From assembly GCF_006345805.1 (NCBI RefSeq), contig NC_043020.1, positions 1,426,001-1,490,000 of the forward strand: a stretch of 64,000 bases of DNA, read 5' to 3'. The stretch is from Octopus sinensis (Eukaryota). This document shows positions 39,627 to 53,420 of the stretch, in pieces (positions within the stretch are counted from its first letter, which is position 1; each line of letters starts with the position of its first letter). The position numbers and the translations under genes were made by a program. The notes under the pieces were generated by a model. That model was not told the origin of the DNA, did no database searches, and worked only from the letters and a program-made list of their open reading frames with translations.

Positions 39627-39672
39627 AACACAACGTTTCGGCTGATATATCCTCCAGCCTTCTTCAGGTGTC
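39627..39672 (-). ncRNA. Minimal type-I hammerhead, canonical core, Penelope-like terminal repeat (element about 39563-39725)
   Basis: Minus strand: GACAC-CUGAAGA-A-GGCUG(10 nt)CAGCC-GAAA-CGU-U-GUGUU. ACGU palindrome; GUU cleavage triplet. Confidence 0.75.
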
Positions 39673-39881
39673 TTGGGGGGAAATTTCGAACCTGGGTTCT
39701 CATTCTTAATTCTTAAATATAGAACAGATTGTAACAAAATTGGCCTTTTGAATTACAGGTATAATTCGTTTTTGCCAGATGAGTGGACTTTGGGCAATGA
39801 GAAATAAAATGTCGCTGGGAATCGAACTCACGACCTTACGATTGTGAGCCGAATATCCTAAACGCTAAGCCACGCGCCTTC

Positions 39882-40290
39882 TACACACACACACCAACAC
39901 ACATACAAACACACACACACACCAACACACATACACACACATACACACACCAACACACATACACACACACACACACACCAACACACTCACACCAACACAC
40001 ACACACCCAACACACACATACACACCAACACACACACACTCAAAACACACATACACACACACACACCAACACACACATACACCGAACACACACATACACA
40101 CCAACACACACACACCCAACAAACACACACACACACACCAACACACACACACATACACACACACCAACATACACACACTCAACACACACACACACCAACA
40201 CACACACACCAACACACATACACGCAGCACACACACATACACCCAGCACACACACATACCCCCCCGCACACCCACACACCCTACACACAC
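39882..40290. repeat. Degenerate (CA)n tract
   Basis: Direct inspection. Confidence 0.97.
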
Positions 40291-40989
40291 GCGTACCAGC
40301 TCTTCATCTGCAACCCTGCAAAACACAACTGATCTTTACACACAGATGCACAGAACAACAGCAATGAAATAACAACAGCTGAGTGCCCAACAAGCATCAG
40401 CGATCTAACAATTGCCTGCACTCTTGACAAGAGATACCAGTTAGTCTTTTACATCTACTAGGTTCGTTCGTATTAGCCCCAGCTGCGGGATAATTTTCCA
40501 TTCCTTTAAGAATATTGTAGAACGGAAACTTTTCATAGATTGGAATTTAAATCCTAATCTTTAGAGAAATTTGTTTCAAGATAACATTGAATTTGAATTA
40601 ATTTTAATTATTACGATTATAGAATACAACCCGGGCTGTAACTTTTGAGCGTAAGTTAGGCGCATGCGAACGATGTCGAGAGAACGTCTGCTACGAATAA
40701 TATTTTTTGACACAGGGCACCTCTAAGACGACCGCCAGACGCTGAACAAACATAAATGAACTGCGACCAGGCTCAGTAAAAGGAGATCGAATTATTGGCT
40801 GAAATTACATAATTGAAGACAGTGTCGGCAGAAATTAAATCAGCTTGCAAATACACGTTCACCTTACTAAATTTATACTCAGGCTAAGCCAGAACAGCTT
40901 GAATGCCGGCATCGCCACTGATATATATTCATATAGCTACTACACACATTTTTTTCTCTCCTTATTTCCCTCCTTGTTTTTTCTGTGTC

Positions 40990-41027
40990 CCTCTCTGTAG
41001 AAGAGCGTAGGCTCGAAACGTAAAAGA
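40990..41027 (+). ncRNA. Hammerhead-like motif with A6U core, weakened stem I (element about 40930-41120)
   Basis: CUGUAGA-A-GAGC(GUAG)GCUC-GAAA-CGU-A-AAAGA; same repeat family as 59899-59936. Confidence 0.55.
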
Positions 41028-41139
41028 CTTTTTCAATTCCTGAGCGTTATACTAATACATCTATTTGTTTTCTACACCACCTGTCTTCGTCTTTTTTTTT
41101 TTTCGTGAACTCTCCCCCTAATATAGATATATATATATA

Positions 41140-41299
41140 GAGAGAGAGTTATTTTTTGCTCTGTGTGTGTATGTGTTTCAACATATGGACAATGCAACAC
41201 AAACTTTAAAAGAAGACTTTCACTTTGAACAATTTATGAAGGTACGTGAATGACCAACAAATATTTTTTACCGGCAGCGTAGCGACGGAGACAGCCTAG
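41140..41299 (+). mobile_element. Probable Helitron 3' remnant
   Basis: ccggcagcgtagcgacgg hairpin-like segment followed by CTAG|T at 41296-41300; 5' end uncertain. Confidence 0.45.
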
Positions 41300-41645
41300 T
41301 AAATATGAACGGTGAATGTCCTATCGGCATTTGTAGTTTTCTTTTTTATATATATATTTGTTGCATTTGATTTGACAAAGAAAATGAAGGTGTCTTTTAA
41401 CAGTTTCTTTTCTTTGCTTTTCACAAGATTCAAAGAACAGCGTACCTGTTTTCAGTGGGGACTTTTGGTGATTTATGGATTCAACCAGTTTAAGTATTAT
41501 TAAAGGAGGAACTGTCGGCATGGTGACGTTGCCATAATGAGGTCGTTGCCTTTTAGGAATTCTTTGTTTTGGTCATTACCTATTTGGAATTTTCTGTGTA
41601 GGAGTTTGTATAACTTCGGATTGGCGGACTTCTTGTTGACGCCAG

Positions 41646-42058
41646 GGAGAGAGAGAGACAGGGGGTGATGAGAGAGAGAGAGAGAAAGGGAGAGAGAGAG
41701 AGAGAGAGAGAGAAAGCGAGAGAAAGAGAAAGTATGTGTGTGTGTGTGTGTGGGAGAGAGAGAGAGAGTATGTGTGTGTGTGAGTATGTGTGAGAGAGAG
41801 AGAGAGTGAGTATGTGTGAGAGAGAGAGAGAGAGTGAGTATGTGTGAGAGAGAGAGAGAGAGTGAGTATGTGTGTGTGAGAGAGAGAGAGAGTATGTGAG
41901 AGAGGGAGAGAGAGATAAAACGAGAGAAAGAGAAAGTATGTGTGTGTGTGTGGGAGAGAGAGAGAGAGAGTATGTGTGTGTGAGAGAGAGTATGTGTGAG
42001 AGAGAGAGAGTATGTGAGAGAGGGGGAGAGAGAGAGAGAGAGAGAGAGGGTGAGAGAG
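41646..42058. repeat. (GA)n/(GT)n compound array with a gagagtatgtgtg higher-order unit
   Basis: Direct inspection. Confidence 0.95.
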
Positions 42059-42354
42059 AATTGCAGCTTGGTGAGAATTCCCAGAATTGTGGTTTCAAGC
42101 TACATACGTACTCTCGAGCCAATCGGCGTTGAAGTCTTTACGCCAGTCATGAGCAAACTGCGACCTGCGGGATTTTCTGAATGGTTCGCCTAACGAAAAG
42201 TTACCTTGAATAACATGCGGCCCCCTCCTCAAAAAGGTTTGCTCACGTCTGCTCTACACGATATCTCAAGCTGATGGAAATTCCAGTTAAAAGCTCTCGT
42301 ACCACATCATTACAACGATAGAGTACATACGAGTATGGAGTACATTGCTCATTT

Positions 42355-42739
42355 GCGGAGGCGCAATGGCCCAGTGGTTAGGGCAGCGGACTCGCGGTCG
42401 TAGGATCGCGGTTTCGATTCCCAGACCGGGCGTTGTGAGTGTTTATTGAGCGAAAACACCTAAAAGCTCCACGAGGCTCCGGCAGGGGTTGGTGGTGATC
42501 CCTGCTGTACTCTTTCACCACAACTTTCTCTCACTCTTACTTCCTGTTTCTGATGTACCTGTATTTCAAAGGGCCGGCCTTGTCACTCTCTGTGTCACGC
42601 TGAATATCCCCGAGAACTACGTTAAGGGTACACGTGTCTGTGGAGTGCTCAGCCACTTACACGTTAATTTCACGAGCAGGCTGTTCCGTTGATCGGATCA
42701 ACCGGAACCCTCGTCGTCGTAACCGACGGAGTGCTTCCA
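42355..42739 (+). mobile_element. tRNA-derived SINE D2
   Basis: Head and body similar to D1 but a different 3' half. Tail-only copies at 6808-7065 (tandem pair, minus) and 39430-39562 (minus). Confidence 0.88.
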
Positions 42740-42960
42740 CATTGCTTATTTAACCCTTGAGTTTAAGTCACGCTCTACCGTTGTCCCTCATTTTACACGG
42801 TAGACTGCGTTTTGGTAATAAGCGTGCAAATAGAATACGCACAAATCGAAGCAGCACGTACACTTTTAATGACAGTAAAAATAAAAATAAAATGTTACGC
42901 ATGAGTAATTTAAATATCGATTTGCTGAAATGGGGATAATGAATACGATTATCGTGAGTG

Positions 42961-42999
<39 letters not shown>

Positions 43000-43038
43000 A
43001 TGTATTTGTAATGGGGGGAGGGGAACTAGCGCAGACAA

Positions 43039-43078
<40 letters not shown>

Positions 43079-43240
43079 GATAGGCTTCTTTCAGTTTCCG
43101 TCTACCAGATCCATTCACAAAGCTTTGGTCGGACTGAAGCTATAGTAAGAGACACTTAGGTCGAACCGCGAAGTTACGGGGACGTAAATACACCAACATC
43201 GGTTGTCAACCGATGGTGGGGGACTAACACAGATACAAAC

Positions 43241-43271
<31 letters not shown>

Positions 43272-45139
43272 GCAATAATAAATCTCTGAGCGAGGTATAA
43301 ACAGTAGCTGCACGACGTCGTGAAGTATATTTATCACTTAAATATGGCTAATCCTTAAGAGTCGATACTACTGTAGTTTGTAGCCCCAGGAGGACACCTC
43401 ATACAGCTGGCTATTGACACACTTTCTGCGCCCTATCAATATTTGCAAAGGGAAGCCACCCTTCTCATCTTCAACCTGACATGATACACACGGACTCGAG
43501 TTTCTGAGTATAACAGCATTTGTGATGTAGGATGTAGTGAGTGGCTGCACTAAGATTAAATCGTCTGGTTTCGGATGATATGCTCTGTCAGATTTATAGT
43601 TTTATGCTAGACTTATTTGGCGACGGCTTGGCAAACGTTTACCGCAACTAACAGCAGAACGTGAGGATTTTCCTGTTATTGCCGTTCACAGTACTTCGCG
43701 TTTTACCGCTGTTGTAGCCCGACGAGGTGGGCATTAAACTTCTCTACAGTTTCCGACCAGAAGTGTAACTTTCCAGGCACAAGTCCAAGCAAGGTTGTTC
43801 ATGGAAGACCAATAGTCGCCCATGAGTACCATTCTCCCCTCTGCACGCCACTGATGTTATCCAAGGGAAAGGCAAAGGGGCCGATACAGCTTGGCACCAG
43901 TGACATCACAACACTTGAGTCAACTGGAGCAACGTGAAATAAGGAACTTAGCATTATAAAACCGCTTAATCCGACTTCTGGATGGCGTTGAGCGACTGAC
44001 GATATTCCGGGTGCTGGGTACCGACCTACCCAATCTTGGGCTTTTCTTGACCAGGACTGCTGCTCCGTGAAACAGATTAGATGCGGAAAAGCTCACCGCC
44101 CCGAAGATCTGTATGTAGTACAGCCTAAAGGCATCTTTTTTATTTATTAGTCACAGGTGCTCAATGGAAATAAGAATAGTTGAAAGGACAAAAGACAAAC
44201 ATTGTGATTTTACATAGAACTTGTAGAGAGAGGGGAGAGGAGGGGGAGAGAGAGGGAGAAAGAAAGAAGGGGGAACCCCGGGAATAAGATATAACGTCAA
44301 CAACAATAAAGACACCTGTACCGCCATCAATACCACCACCAGCACCATCGCCTCCGATATCAACACCGTCTCCATTACCACCACCACCGCCACCACCACC
44401 ACCACCACCACCACTGAATTCAACACCGTCTCCATTATCCCTTCCACCACCGGTGTCGCCGCCACCACCACCACCACCACCATCGTCAGCGTCATCACAA
44501 ACATCCCCTCCCCACAACATTTCCGCTATCCTATATAAGAGAGAGAGAGAGAGAACGAAAGAGAGAGAGAGGGAGAGAACGAGAGAGAGAGAGGGAGAGA
44601 GAGAGAGAGAAAGAAAGTGAGAGAGACAGAGAGACAGAATGGGAGGAAAATAGTTGTGAAAAAACCCTATTATAATGAGAAATGTATAAAAGAATTTGTG
44701 GTTTTTATTATTTACAAACTATAGTGTTCAGCTTCTGTCTGTGTGTCCCTACTGTTCTTGTTTGTTTGTTTCTTTCCTTGTTTGTTTGTTTGTTTGTTTC
44801 TTTCTTTCTTTCCTTCTTTCTTTCTTTCTTTCCTTCTTTCTTTCTTTTCTTTAATTCTTCAAGCTGTTAACCAAAACTACTCTACACCACCACCACCAAC
44901 AACAACAACAGCAACAAAATCCCAACCACTACTATGACCACCACAGCCCAAGACTAGCACCATCACCACCACTACAACCCTCACCATTACGGCTACCCCC
45001 ACCACAACCTCCGCCCTTCCCCGACTCCTTCCAGGTGATCTACATCTCACCTTGATTACGTCACAAAGTGAAAACGTACTCTGTTCGAATTAACTCTTCC
45101 ATAAGGAAATGGCTCTCACCCATAAATCATGCCTTACCT

Positions 45140-45682
45140 ACACAAACACACACACAAACACACACACACACACAACACACACACACACACACACACAAAC
45201 ACACACGCACACACACACACACAAACACACACACACATGCACACACACAAACACACACACACTCTCTCTCACACACACGCACAAACACACATATACACAA
45301 ACGCTTATATACATATACCATACACACAAACGCTCACGCACACACGCATAAACACCCCCGCACACACAGAGAAACGCTCACGCTCACACGCACACAGAGA
45401 AACGCTCACGCTCACACGCACACACATATGTACGTTCACATGTATATACGCACATACCTAAAGTTATGCATATACGAATACTATACACACACACAAAAAC
45501 ACACACGCACATAGACAAACAGCAGATACTCACACACATAGACTCTCTCACACACACATATATACTCACTCCACACGGAGACACACAGATATGTCCGTTC
45601 AAGTGTATATACACACACAATTACGCATACACAAACATCATACATACACACAGATATGAACGTTCACGCGCACACACACACA
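45140..45682. repeat. Degenerate (CA)n tract
   Basis: Direct inspection. Confidence 0.95.
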
Positions 45683-46277
45683 CAATACGCACTTCAGAAA
45701 CACACTGAAGATAATATAAACTTCTATCTTCACATCACCGTGAAGTTCTGTGTTCTTATTGAGCATAGAAGCACCACGTGTTCCGTAGCTGATTGCGAAG
45801 AACTCTGTTTCTATAGTAACCAAAGATGCTGCACATGCGCACAAGGAGTGTAACCACCAAATTGAGTGTAACCAACTAATTTAGAGTACCTGGAGATCTT
45901 TAAAGCGTGGAAACAAACGACGGAATGGGACACACCGTTCCATGGTTGACTCTTATCTTTGTGAATTTATGTAGAGGAGATATGAGAAAGATAATTTATC
46001 TTATAAAATCCTAGAGTGTAAATTTCCCCTTCTTTCAAATTAACTGTATAGTTGCTTATATCCTAATCAAGAGAATTGCTGTACAGGATGTGAAATTCAC
46101 ATTTCTTGCTATGATATTTTGTGTTATCGCGTTTAGCCACCGGGGTCGTGCGCCATCACTATGATTTTGTTGTCATCCTCTCATAGCAAATAGCTAATAA
46201 GCGGATGAAAGTTTAACTTTCTTTTCATCTTTCTAGGAGAATTTACATTTAGATAATTGACAAATGTTCTTAAAGAT

Positions 46278-46633
46278 TAAAAGGTAAAGGGTAAAGATCC
46301 CCATCGGTAATGAACGACCATGGGATTGCACCTAGAAAGTTATGCTCCGAGGCACAAGTCCGGACAAGGTTGTGTATGGAAAACCAGCAGTCACCCAAGC
46401 ACACCAGCCTTCCCTCTTCGTGTCACCGATGTTATCCAAGGGAAAGGCAAAGGGGTCGATACAGCTTGGCACTAGTGACGTCGCAACTCATTTCTACAGC
46501 TGAGTGAACTGGAGCAACGTGAAATAAAGCATCTTGCGCTTAAGAACATAACACTCAGCCCGGTCTGGGAATCGAACTCACTACTTCATGATTGTGAGCT
46601 CGACGCTCTAACCACTGAGCCATGCGCCTTCAC
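46278..46633 (-). mobile_element. tRNA-derived SINE family E
   Basis: Minus strand gtgaaggcgcatggctcagtggttagagc...gagttcgattccc head; tail ctttacccttta. Other copies: 9506-10040(+, split by family A), 43745-43945(-), 48585-48725(-), head only 39812-39882(-). Confidence 0.88.
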
Positions 46634-46682
46634 CTTACTCAGTTACTAAATATGATACATATCAGGTGTGAGTTATGTATAA

Positions 46683-47100
46683 GGCGGCGAGCTGGCAGAA
46701 ACGTTAGCACACTGGGCGAAATGCTTAGCAGTATTTCGTCTGCCGTTACGTTCTGAGTTCAAATTCCGCCGAGGTCGACTTTGCCTTTCATCCTTTTGGG
46801 GTCGATAAATTAAGTACCAGTTACGCACTGGGGTCGATGTAATCGACTTAATCCGTGTGTATGTCCTTGTTTGTCCCCTCTATGTTTAGCCCCCTGTGGG
46901 TAGTAAAGAAATAGGTATTTCGTCTGCCGCTGCATTCTGAGTTCAAATTCCGCCGAGGTCTACTTTGTCTTTCCTCCTTTCGGGGTCGATTAAATAAGTA
47001 CCAGTTACGCACTGGTGTCGATAATATCAACTTAATCCGTTTGTCTGACCTTGTTTGTCCTCTCTGTGTTTAGCCCCTTGTGGGTAGTAAAGAAATAGGT
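46683..47100 (+). mobile_element. SINE family A, young dimer
   Basis: ggcggcgagctggcagaaacgttagc head; junction at 46914/46915. Confidence 0.92.
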
Positions 47101-47648
47101 GTGAGTTATGTACACTGTAGAAAGGGGTATAATGTGACCTTTCCGCATAAAAACTGATTTTTCATAAGTTTGCGCCAACAGATTGTAATTGTTTGGTTTG
47201 TGTTCAATATTTCATTGTCAGTTAAAGTTATTGAGTAGAGCGGACTTACGTTCAACCACCCTAACACTGTCTCTTATCCGTAACAAAGCCGCGTAAGACG
47301 TGGGGCAAGTTTTTTGAAATATTACATCGTATATTTCGTAGATATACAAACTTATCAGGCAAGTTTAAACGTAGTGAACGCAACTGCCGGTATCCCGACT
47401 TGTAAAGTTTTACAGTCAAGGTACGGAATATAAAGCCAGCGAGTGGGTGTGTTCAAGCGGTAATAAAGCCAGTGAAAGGGTGTGTTCAAGAGTCTTAGAG
47501 TACAGTTTAAGGAGAGAAAGAAGATATAATTTATAGTTCATATCATAAGATAACAGAAAGAAACGTAGATTATAACACAAACGGCGTCAGGCGTACATTA
47601 ATTGCCCGGCGTTAACGTTGAGCAGACACCATTTTGATCTCTCTCTTT

Positions 47649-47651
<3 letters not shown>

Positions 47652-47720
<69 letters not shown>

Positions 47721-47728
47721 TATATATA

Positions 47729-47774
<46 letters not shown>

Positions 47775-47833
47775 TATATATATATATATATATATAACAT
47801 ATATATATATATGTATATATATAATATATATAT

Positions 47834-47874
<41 letters not shown>

Positions 47875-47959
47875 GGTAATATAATATATACATCTATGTA
47901 TATATATATATATAATATAATATATATATATATATTATGTATATATATATATATATATC

Positions 47960-48002
<43 letters not shown>

Positions 48003-48015
48003 TATATTATATGTG

Positions 48016-48068
<53 letters not shown>

Positions 48069-48095
48069 ATTTATATATATATATATATATCTATT

Positions 48096-48127
<32 letters not shown>

Positions 48128-48177
48128 CTATTTATATATATATATATGTATGTAATATATATGTGTGTATATATATA

Positions 48178-48217
<40 letters not shown>

Positions 48218-48282
48218 TTATATATTATATATATATGCATATATATATATATATATCCTATTTATATATATATATATATAAA
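47652..48282. repeat. Long (TA)n tract
   Basis: Direct inspection. Similar tracts at 50531-51140, 55610-55887, 57657-57776 (TATC), 57979-58203, 58610-58757, 59990-60125 and 62725-63165. Confidence 0.97.
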
Positions 48283-48779
48283 TGACCGTATAGGTAACAT
48301 TAATTTTTTTCTTTTTTTTTATGTATATAATTATAAAGATATAATTACAGTTAAGGGCAACAAGAAATGACCAGCGCCAATAGAAATAGATGTCAAATAC
48401 CTACAATCCATTCTGCAATTTGTTCTCTGACACCTATGTCTAGCATTGGCGCTGGTCATTTTCAGCAGCCCTTAACTGTAAATATATGTATATGGTTGAA
48501 AAAATATTAGGGAGCTGTACAAGTCAAAATTTTTATATATAAAAGATGTTGGTGGAAATAGCACAGAAGTAAATCTAAGACATTTCAGTTTAAGATTGAG
48601 CCCCGCTTCGGCCATGACTGACCGTGGGATTGCACAAGTCCGGGCAAGGTTGTTAATGGAAGACCAGCAGTCGCTCATGCATACCAGCCTCCGCTCTCCA
48701 CGCCACCAGTGTTATGCACCGGACTCTACTAATGTTCCAAACTCATATGCTAAGTTAGAAGACCAATCGTTACAGATTA

Positions 48780-49715
48780 ACGTGCGGAGCCTATAAATGC
48801 TTTGGAAAGATGTTTGACAAGTCGCTGTCAGACTGAAGCAATGTCACCAACATTGTGACGCAAGCAGAGCAGTGGCTGATGAGGATTGATAGATCGGGGC
48901 TTCCAGGAAAGATCAGGGCATCGCTCTACCAACACGGATTGCTCCCAAGACTCATATGATTGTTGATGCTGTATGATGTTCCTATGACAAGTATGGAATG
49001 GGTGGAGAGGAAGATAAATAAATATCTACGAAGATGGCTAGGTGTTCATCCAAGCTTCACTTGAATAGGTTTACTCTATTACTTGTTTCAGTCATTTGAC
49101 TGCGGCCATGCTGGAGCACCGCCTTTAGTCGAGCAAATCGACCCCGGGACTTATTCTTTGTAAGCCCAGTACTTATTCTATCGGTCTCTTTTGCCGAACC
49201 GCTTGTGACGGGGACGTAAACACACCAGCATCGGTTGTCAAGCAATGCTAGGAGGACAAACACAGACACACAAACACACACATACACATATATATATACA
49301 TATACATATATACGACAGGCTTCTTTCAGTTTCCGTCTACCAAATCCACTCACAAGGCATTGGTCGGCCCGGGGCTATAGCAGAAGACACTTGCCCAAGA
49401 TGCCACGCAGTGGGACTGACCCGGAACCATTTGGTTGGTTAGCAAGCTACTTACCACACATCCACTCCTGCGCCTATGGTTTGTACATAAGATCGGGACA
49501 GCTACAACTTCCCTTGTCATCCATGGTGGAGGATTTTAAAGTAGCAAAATGTTATGTTGTAATGATGTACAGAGACTCTAAGGACGAGCTTGTCAGACAT
49601 GCAAGTATTACCACAAGGTCTGGGCGAAAGTGGATGGCTAGCACCGCAGTCGCTCAGGCTGAAGGGATGTTGGAGCTACGCGACATCATTAGACTCCAGT
49701 ATACCATGATAGAAA
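48780..49715 (+). mobile_element. Decayed R2-superfamily (HERO-like) non-LTR element split by a SINE (49075-49474)
   Basis: IDRSGLPGK..LYQHGLLPRL, VERKINKYLRRWLG, LQLPLSSMVEDFKV and TRSGRKWMASTAVAQAEGML, collinear across the SINE insertion. Confidence 0.75.
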
Positions 49716-51086
49716 TTGCTCTCGCTATATCGAATTTATTTTTGCTTCAATTTCATTTCAACTCATTTAGCATGTCTCATGGACGCCCTGCTGCTCCTCC
49801 CTCGTTTCATTGTGAATCCCAACGAAATATTTACAGATCAGCAGATAATCAATGAAAGGCAGAAACGTTAGCACGCCGGGCGAAATGCTTAGCGGTATTT
49901 TGTCTGCCGCTACGTTCTGAGTTCAAATTCCGCCGAGGTCGACTTTACCTTTCATCCTTTCGGGGTCGATTAAATAAGTACCAGTTACACATTTGTCTGT
50001 CCTTGTTTGTCCCCTCTATGTTTAGCCCCTTGTGGGTAGTAAAGAAATAGGTATGTAATTACAACACTGGTTCGATCTTTGTAAAACTCAGCGATTTGTA
50101 TTGCTTGGTGTGCCCACCGTGGATTGTTGACGAACTCTCACATGTGCCGAAGGCGAAACTCTTTCCATAATAAGTTTTTAGATGGAGTGTAGGTTGATGT
50201 AATCTCGTTTGTTACGAAACCTGGATAAAGAACATATACAAGCAAGGTTGTAACTTTAAACACATTTATTGTGGCCACACGTATATGAACAATGGAATGA
50301 TAAATAGAATGGTTGGTGTGTAGAGGCCATGGTCTTCTGTGCTGTGCTCCAATCTGCAAACTGGCCTGTGGTATTAGAAAGAGCCAGTCTAGTTGCGTCC
50401 TCACAGCTTGCATGTCAGTGTAGAAAAGAAGAGGAGATGAGGTCACATATCTGGTTAGCTTGTTTGACCGCTGTCAAGGGCGGGTGGTGCAACTGCGTCT
50501 ACAAGTCTAACGCTTTCGCCCACTTTTTAATGTATGTATGTATGTATGTATGTATGTATGTATGTATGTAGTATGTATGTATTATGTATGTATGTATGAT
50601 GTATGTATGTTTGTATGTATGTATGTATGGTATATATATATATATATAATATATAAGAAAAAGGTTTGAAAATGCAATTTAAACATCGTTTAAATTGCAT
50701 TTTCAAACATTTTTTCTTATATAATCCCACTCGTGCGATACCCCAACCCACTCACTTTTTTTATATATATATATATATATATTATGTATATATATATATA
50801 TATATATATATAGTATATACAAAAGAGAGAGAAATACATACATACATACACAAACATATAAGTAACACATACATACATATGTATACACACAAAAAACATA
50901 CATACATATATATACGTATATATGCATATGTATATGATATATATGTATGTACATATATGTGTGTATATATGCACACACACACACACACACACAGACATAT
51001 ACGTATACATCTAAACAGACGTACACACTCACATGTGTGTGTGTTGTGTGTCTATGCTTCTCTCGCACCACCACTTGGCAAAACCG

Positions 51087-51146
<60 letters not shown>

Positions 51147-51743
51147 AACCAAGAGGTTCGGCAAAAGAGCTCGATAGAATAACTACCAAGCTTTAAAAAA
51201 AAATAACAAAGAATTGGGGTTAATTGATTCGACTAAAAAATTCTCCGAGGCGGGGCCCCTGTATGGCCGTATTCCAATGACTCAAACGAGTAAAAGATGA
51301 AAGACAAAAATTAACAAGAAACCCTCTGATATTTCTTCGTTGGCCATGTTCTGCTGGTATTTTAGTTATGTAGTAAATGCCTACAACGAGTATCAAGATA
51401 GCTACATACCTATCTATCCACCTTCCACCAAAACCAACCTTTTTACTACCTCTTTATAAAAGTCACCTTACACACACACACCTGTATAGGTTACTGATTA
51501 TGCATGTCAATTTTATGGTACTTTTCACATTCCCGAATTTTCTAGAAAGGTAAATAAACTTAGATGATTACCAAAATTTGTAAAGGTCATAATAACTGAC
51601 ACAATACAAATATATATATAGGCGTAGGAGTGGCTGCGTGGTAAGTAGCTTGCTTACGAACCACATGGTTCCGGGTCGTATAAAAAAATATCATCGCACT
51701 TAAAGTAATTAGAGAGAAATTGTTGGAATATATTAGAAGCATA

Positions 51744-52072
51744 GGATCTTTTCGCTTTGACCAGCAGATTTTAAAAATAATTTCTAGGTAACTAAACACT
51801 TTTAAACTTCGTATACTGGTAGAATGTGTTTATAAAACATCATTTTTTCTTGGTTTTATTGAGAAAATTCTATGGTTTGTAAGATGTTTGGTCTTTAATT
51901 TCTTGCATTTCGGCAATTAAAGAACAAATAGCTTACAAACTACAGTATTTTCTCAAGAAAGCCAAGAGAAAAAGATGTTTTATAAACACATTCTACCAGT
52001 ATACGAAGTTTAAAATTTTTTAGTTACAAAGAAATTTATTTTAAAAATCTGCCGGTCAAAGCGAAAAGATCC
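51744..52072. mobile_element. Palindromic (foldback) relative of the 39015 MITE
   Basis: TSD GAAGCATA at 51736-51743 and 52073-52080. Both arms of about 155 bp match the left end of 39015-39417. Confidence 0.85.
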
Positions 52073-53096
52073 GAAGCATACTTTGGTTGTTCTTTCGTCC
52101 AATTACCGTCCGACGGTATATTGTGTTGCGGCTGTTGCAACTCGGTGCGTGAATTCTCTAATCAATGATAAAATATGAATTCAGATAAAAAGTATGAGTT
52201 ATTTCCCTTACATTAGCAGTAACTAGAGTTACTTCCCTTGTTTTTAAGGATTTTAACGAAATTTGCTAAACAATATTTCTTATGTCATTGGGGAAAGCTT
52301 AAGGGTCCGATGTCTGAGATGATTTGGCTAATGTTGAAGACAATTTAAGCTACACCGCAAGCAGGTGGAATCTTTGGCAGGTCGGGCGAAATGCTTAGCG
52401 ATATATCGCCCATCTTTACGTTCTGAGTTCAAATTCCTCTAAGTACCAGTGAAACACTGGGGATCAATGTTTATCGACATAATTACTTCTGAGTAAGAGA
52501 AATAACAACTGCATCTCTCTGCCAAGCCATGTCGAACAAGCGTGAGAGAGTGGGCTTATCAAACCATTATGATCCTTTACTCCTGCAGTGGCCTGAACGG
52601 GGCGGTCCAAAATCTAAAAAAGCTACAACGCATTCGGCTGAACTAATAATAAAAATAAATAAGTTACTACAAAAAATAAGAGAAAAAATACTCTCCAGAT
52701 TTGATAGAGTTTAGCATCCTTTTTGATTTGGGTCTAAAAGAATCTAAAGGCCATGATGTAACTTCTATGGCGATTGAACTCACATCAGAGTCAATTGGCC
52801 GAAAGAAAGAAGGAAAGGAGGATTAAGTGAGCCGCAGCAACCATTAACACAACTACAAGAACAACAACAGACACCACAACAAGGACAGCAGCAGCAGCAG
52901 CCGTTCAAGAATTTGGACCTGGAGATCTCCATTTCCAGCGACTTCGAGGGGCCACCTCCCAGTGGTGTTGGGCGTCAACGAAGAGCCCTCGACTACAACA
53001 AGACGACCAAAGTTATTTTTCTTTTTTCCAAAGTCTGGGGTTCCCTCCCCTAAGCCCTAGACCATCACCTAATCACCCTTACCTGTCTTGTTGCTT

Positions 53097-53097
<1 letters not shown>

Positions 53098-53127
<30 letters not shown>

Positions 53128-53169
53128 TCAGCAACAACAACAACAACCACCTCCACCATCACCACCACC

Positions 53170-53200
<31 letters not shown>

Positions 53201-53420
53201 GCAGCAGCAGCAGCAGCAGCAGCAGAAACAGCAACAACAACATCAATAGAGACAGTTGGACACAACACGCATCTATAGAAACCACTGCGGTAGCTGCAGC
53301 TACAACAACGACTGGAATGGAAACAACTGCACAACGTCAAGCAGAATGCACAGCAGAGGCAGCAACAACCACATCCCAAACAACAAAAACAACAACAACA
53401 ACAACAGCAACAACAGGGAA
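53098..53420. repeat. (CAA)n/(CAC)n/(CAG)n trinucleotide array
   Basis: Direct inspection; a similar CAC-rich tract lies at 44330-44490. Confidence 0.95.

Noticed and set aside
43950-44120. Minus-strand GAAVLVKKS resembling a LINE endonuclease motif
   Set aside because: A single short motif; the flanking motifs are not recognisable.
50125-50165. ttgacga...gcgaaac hammerhead-like spacing
   Set aside because: Stem I and stem II do not pair.
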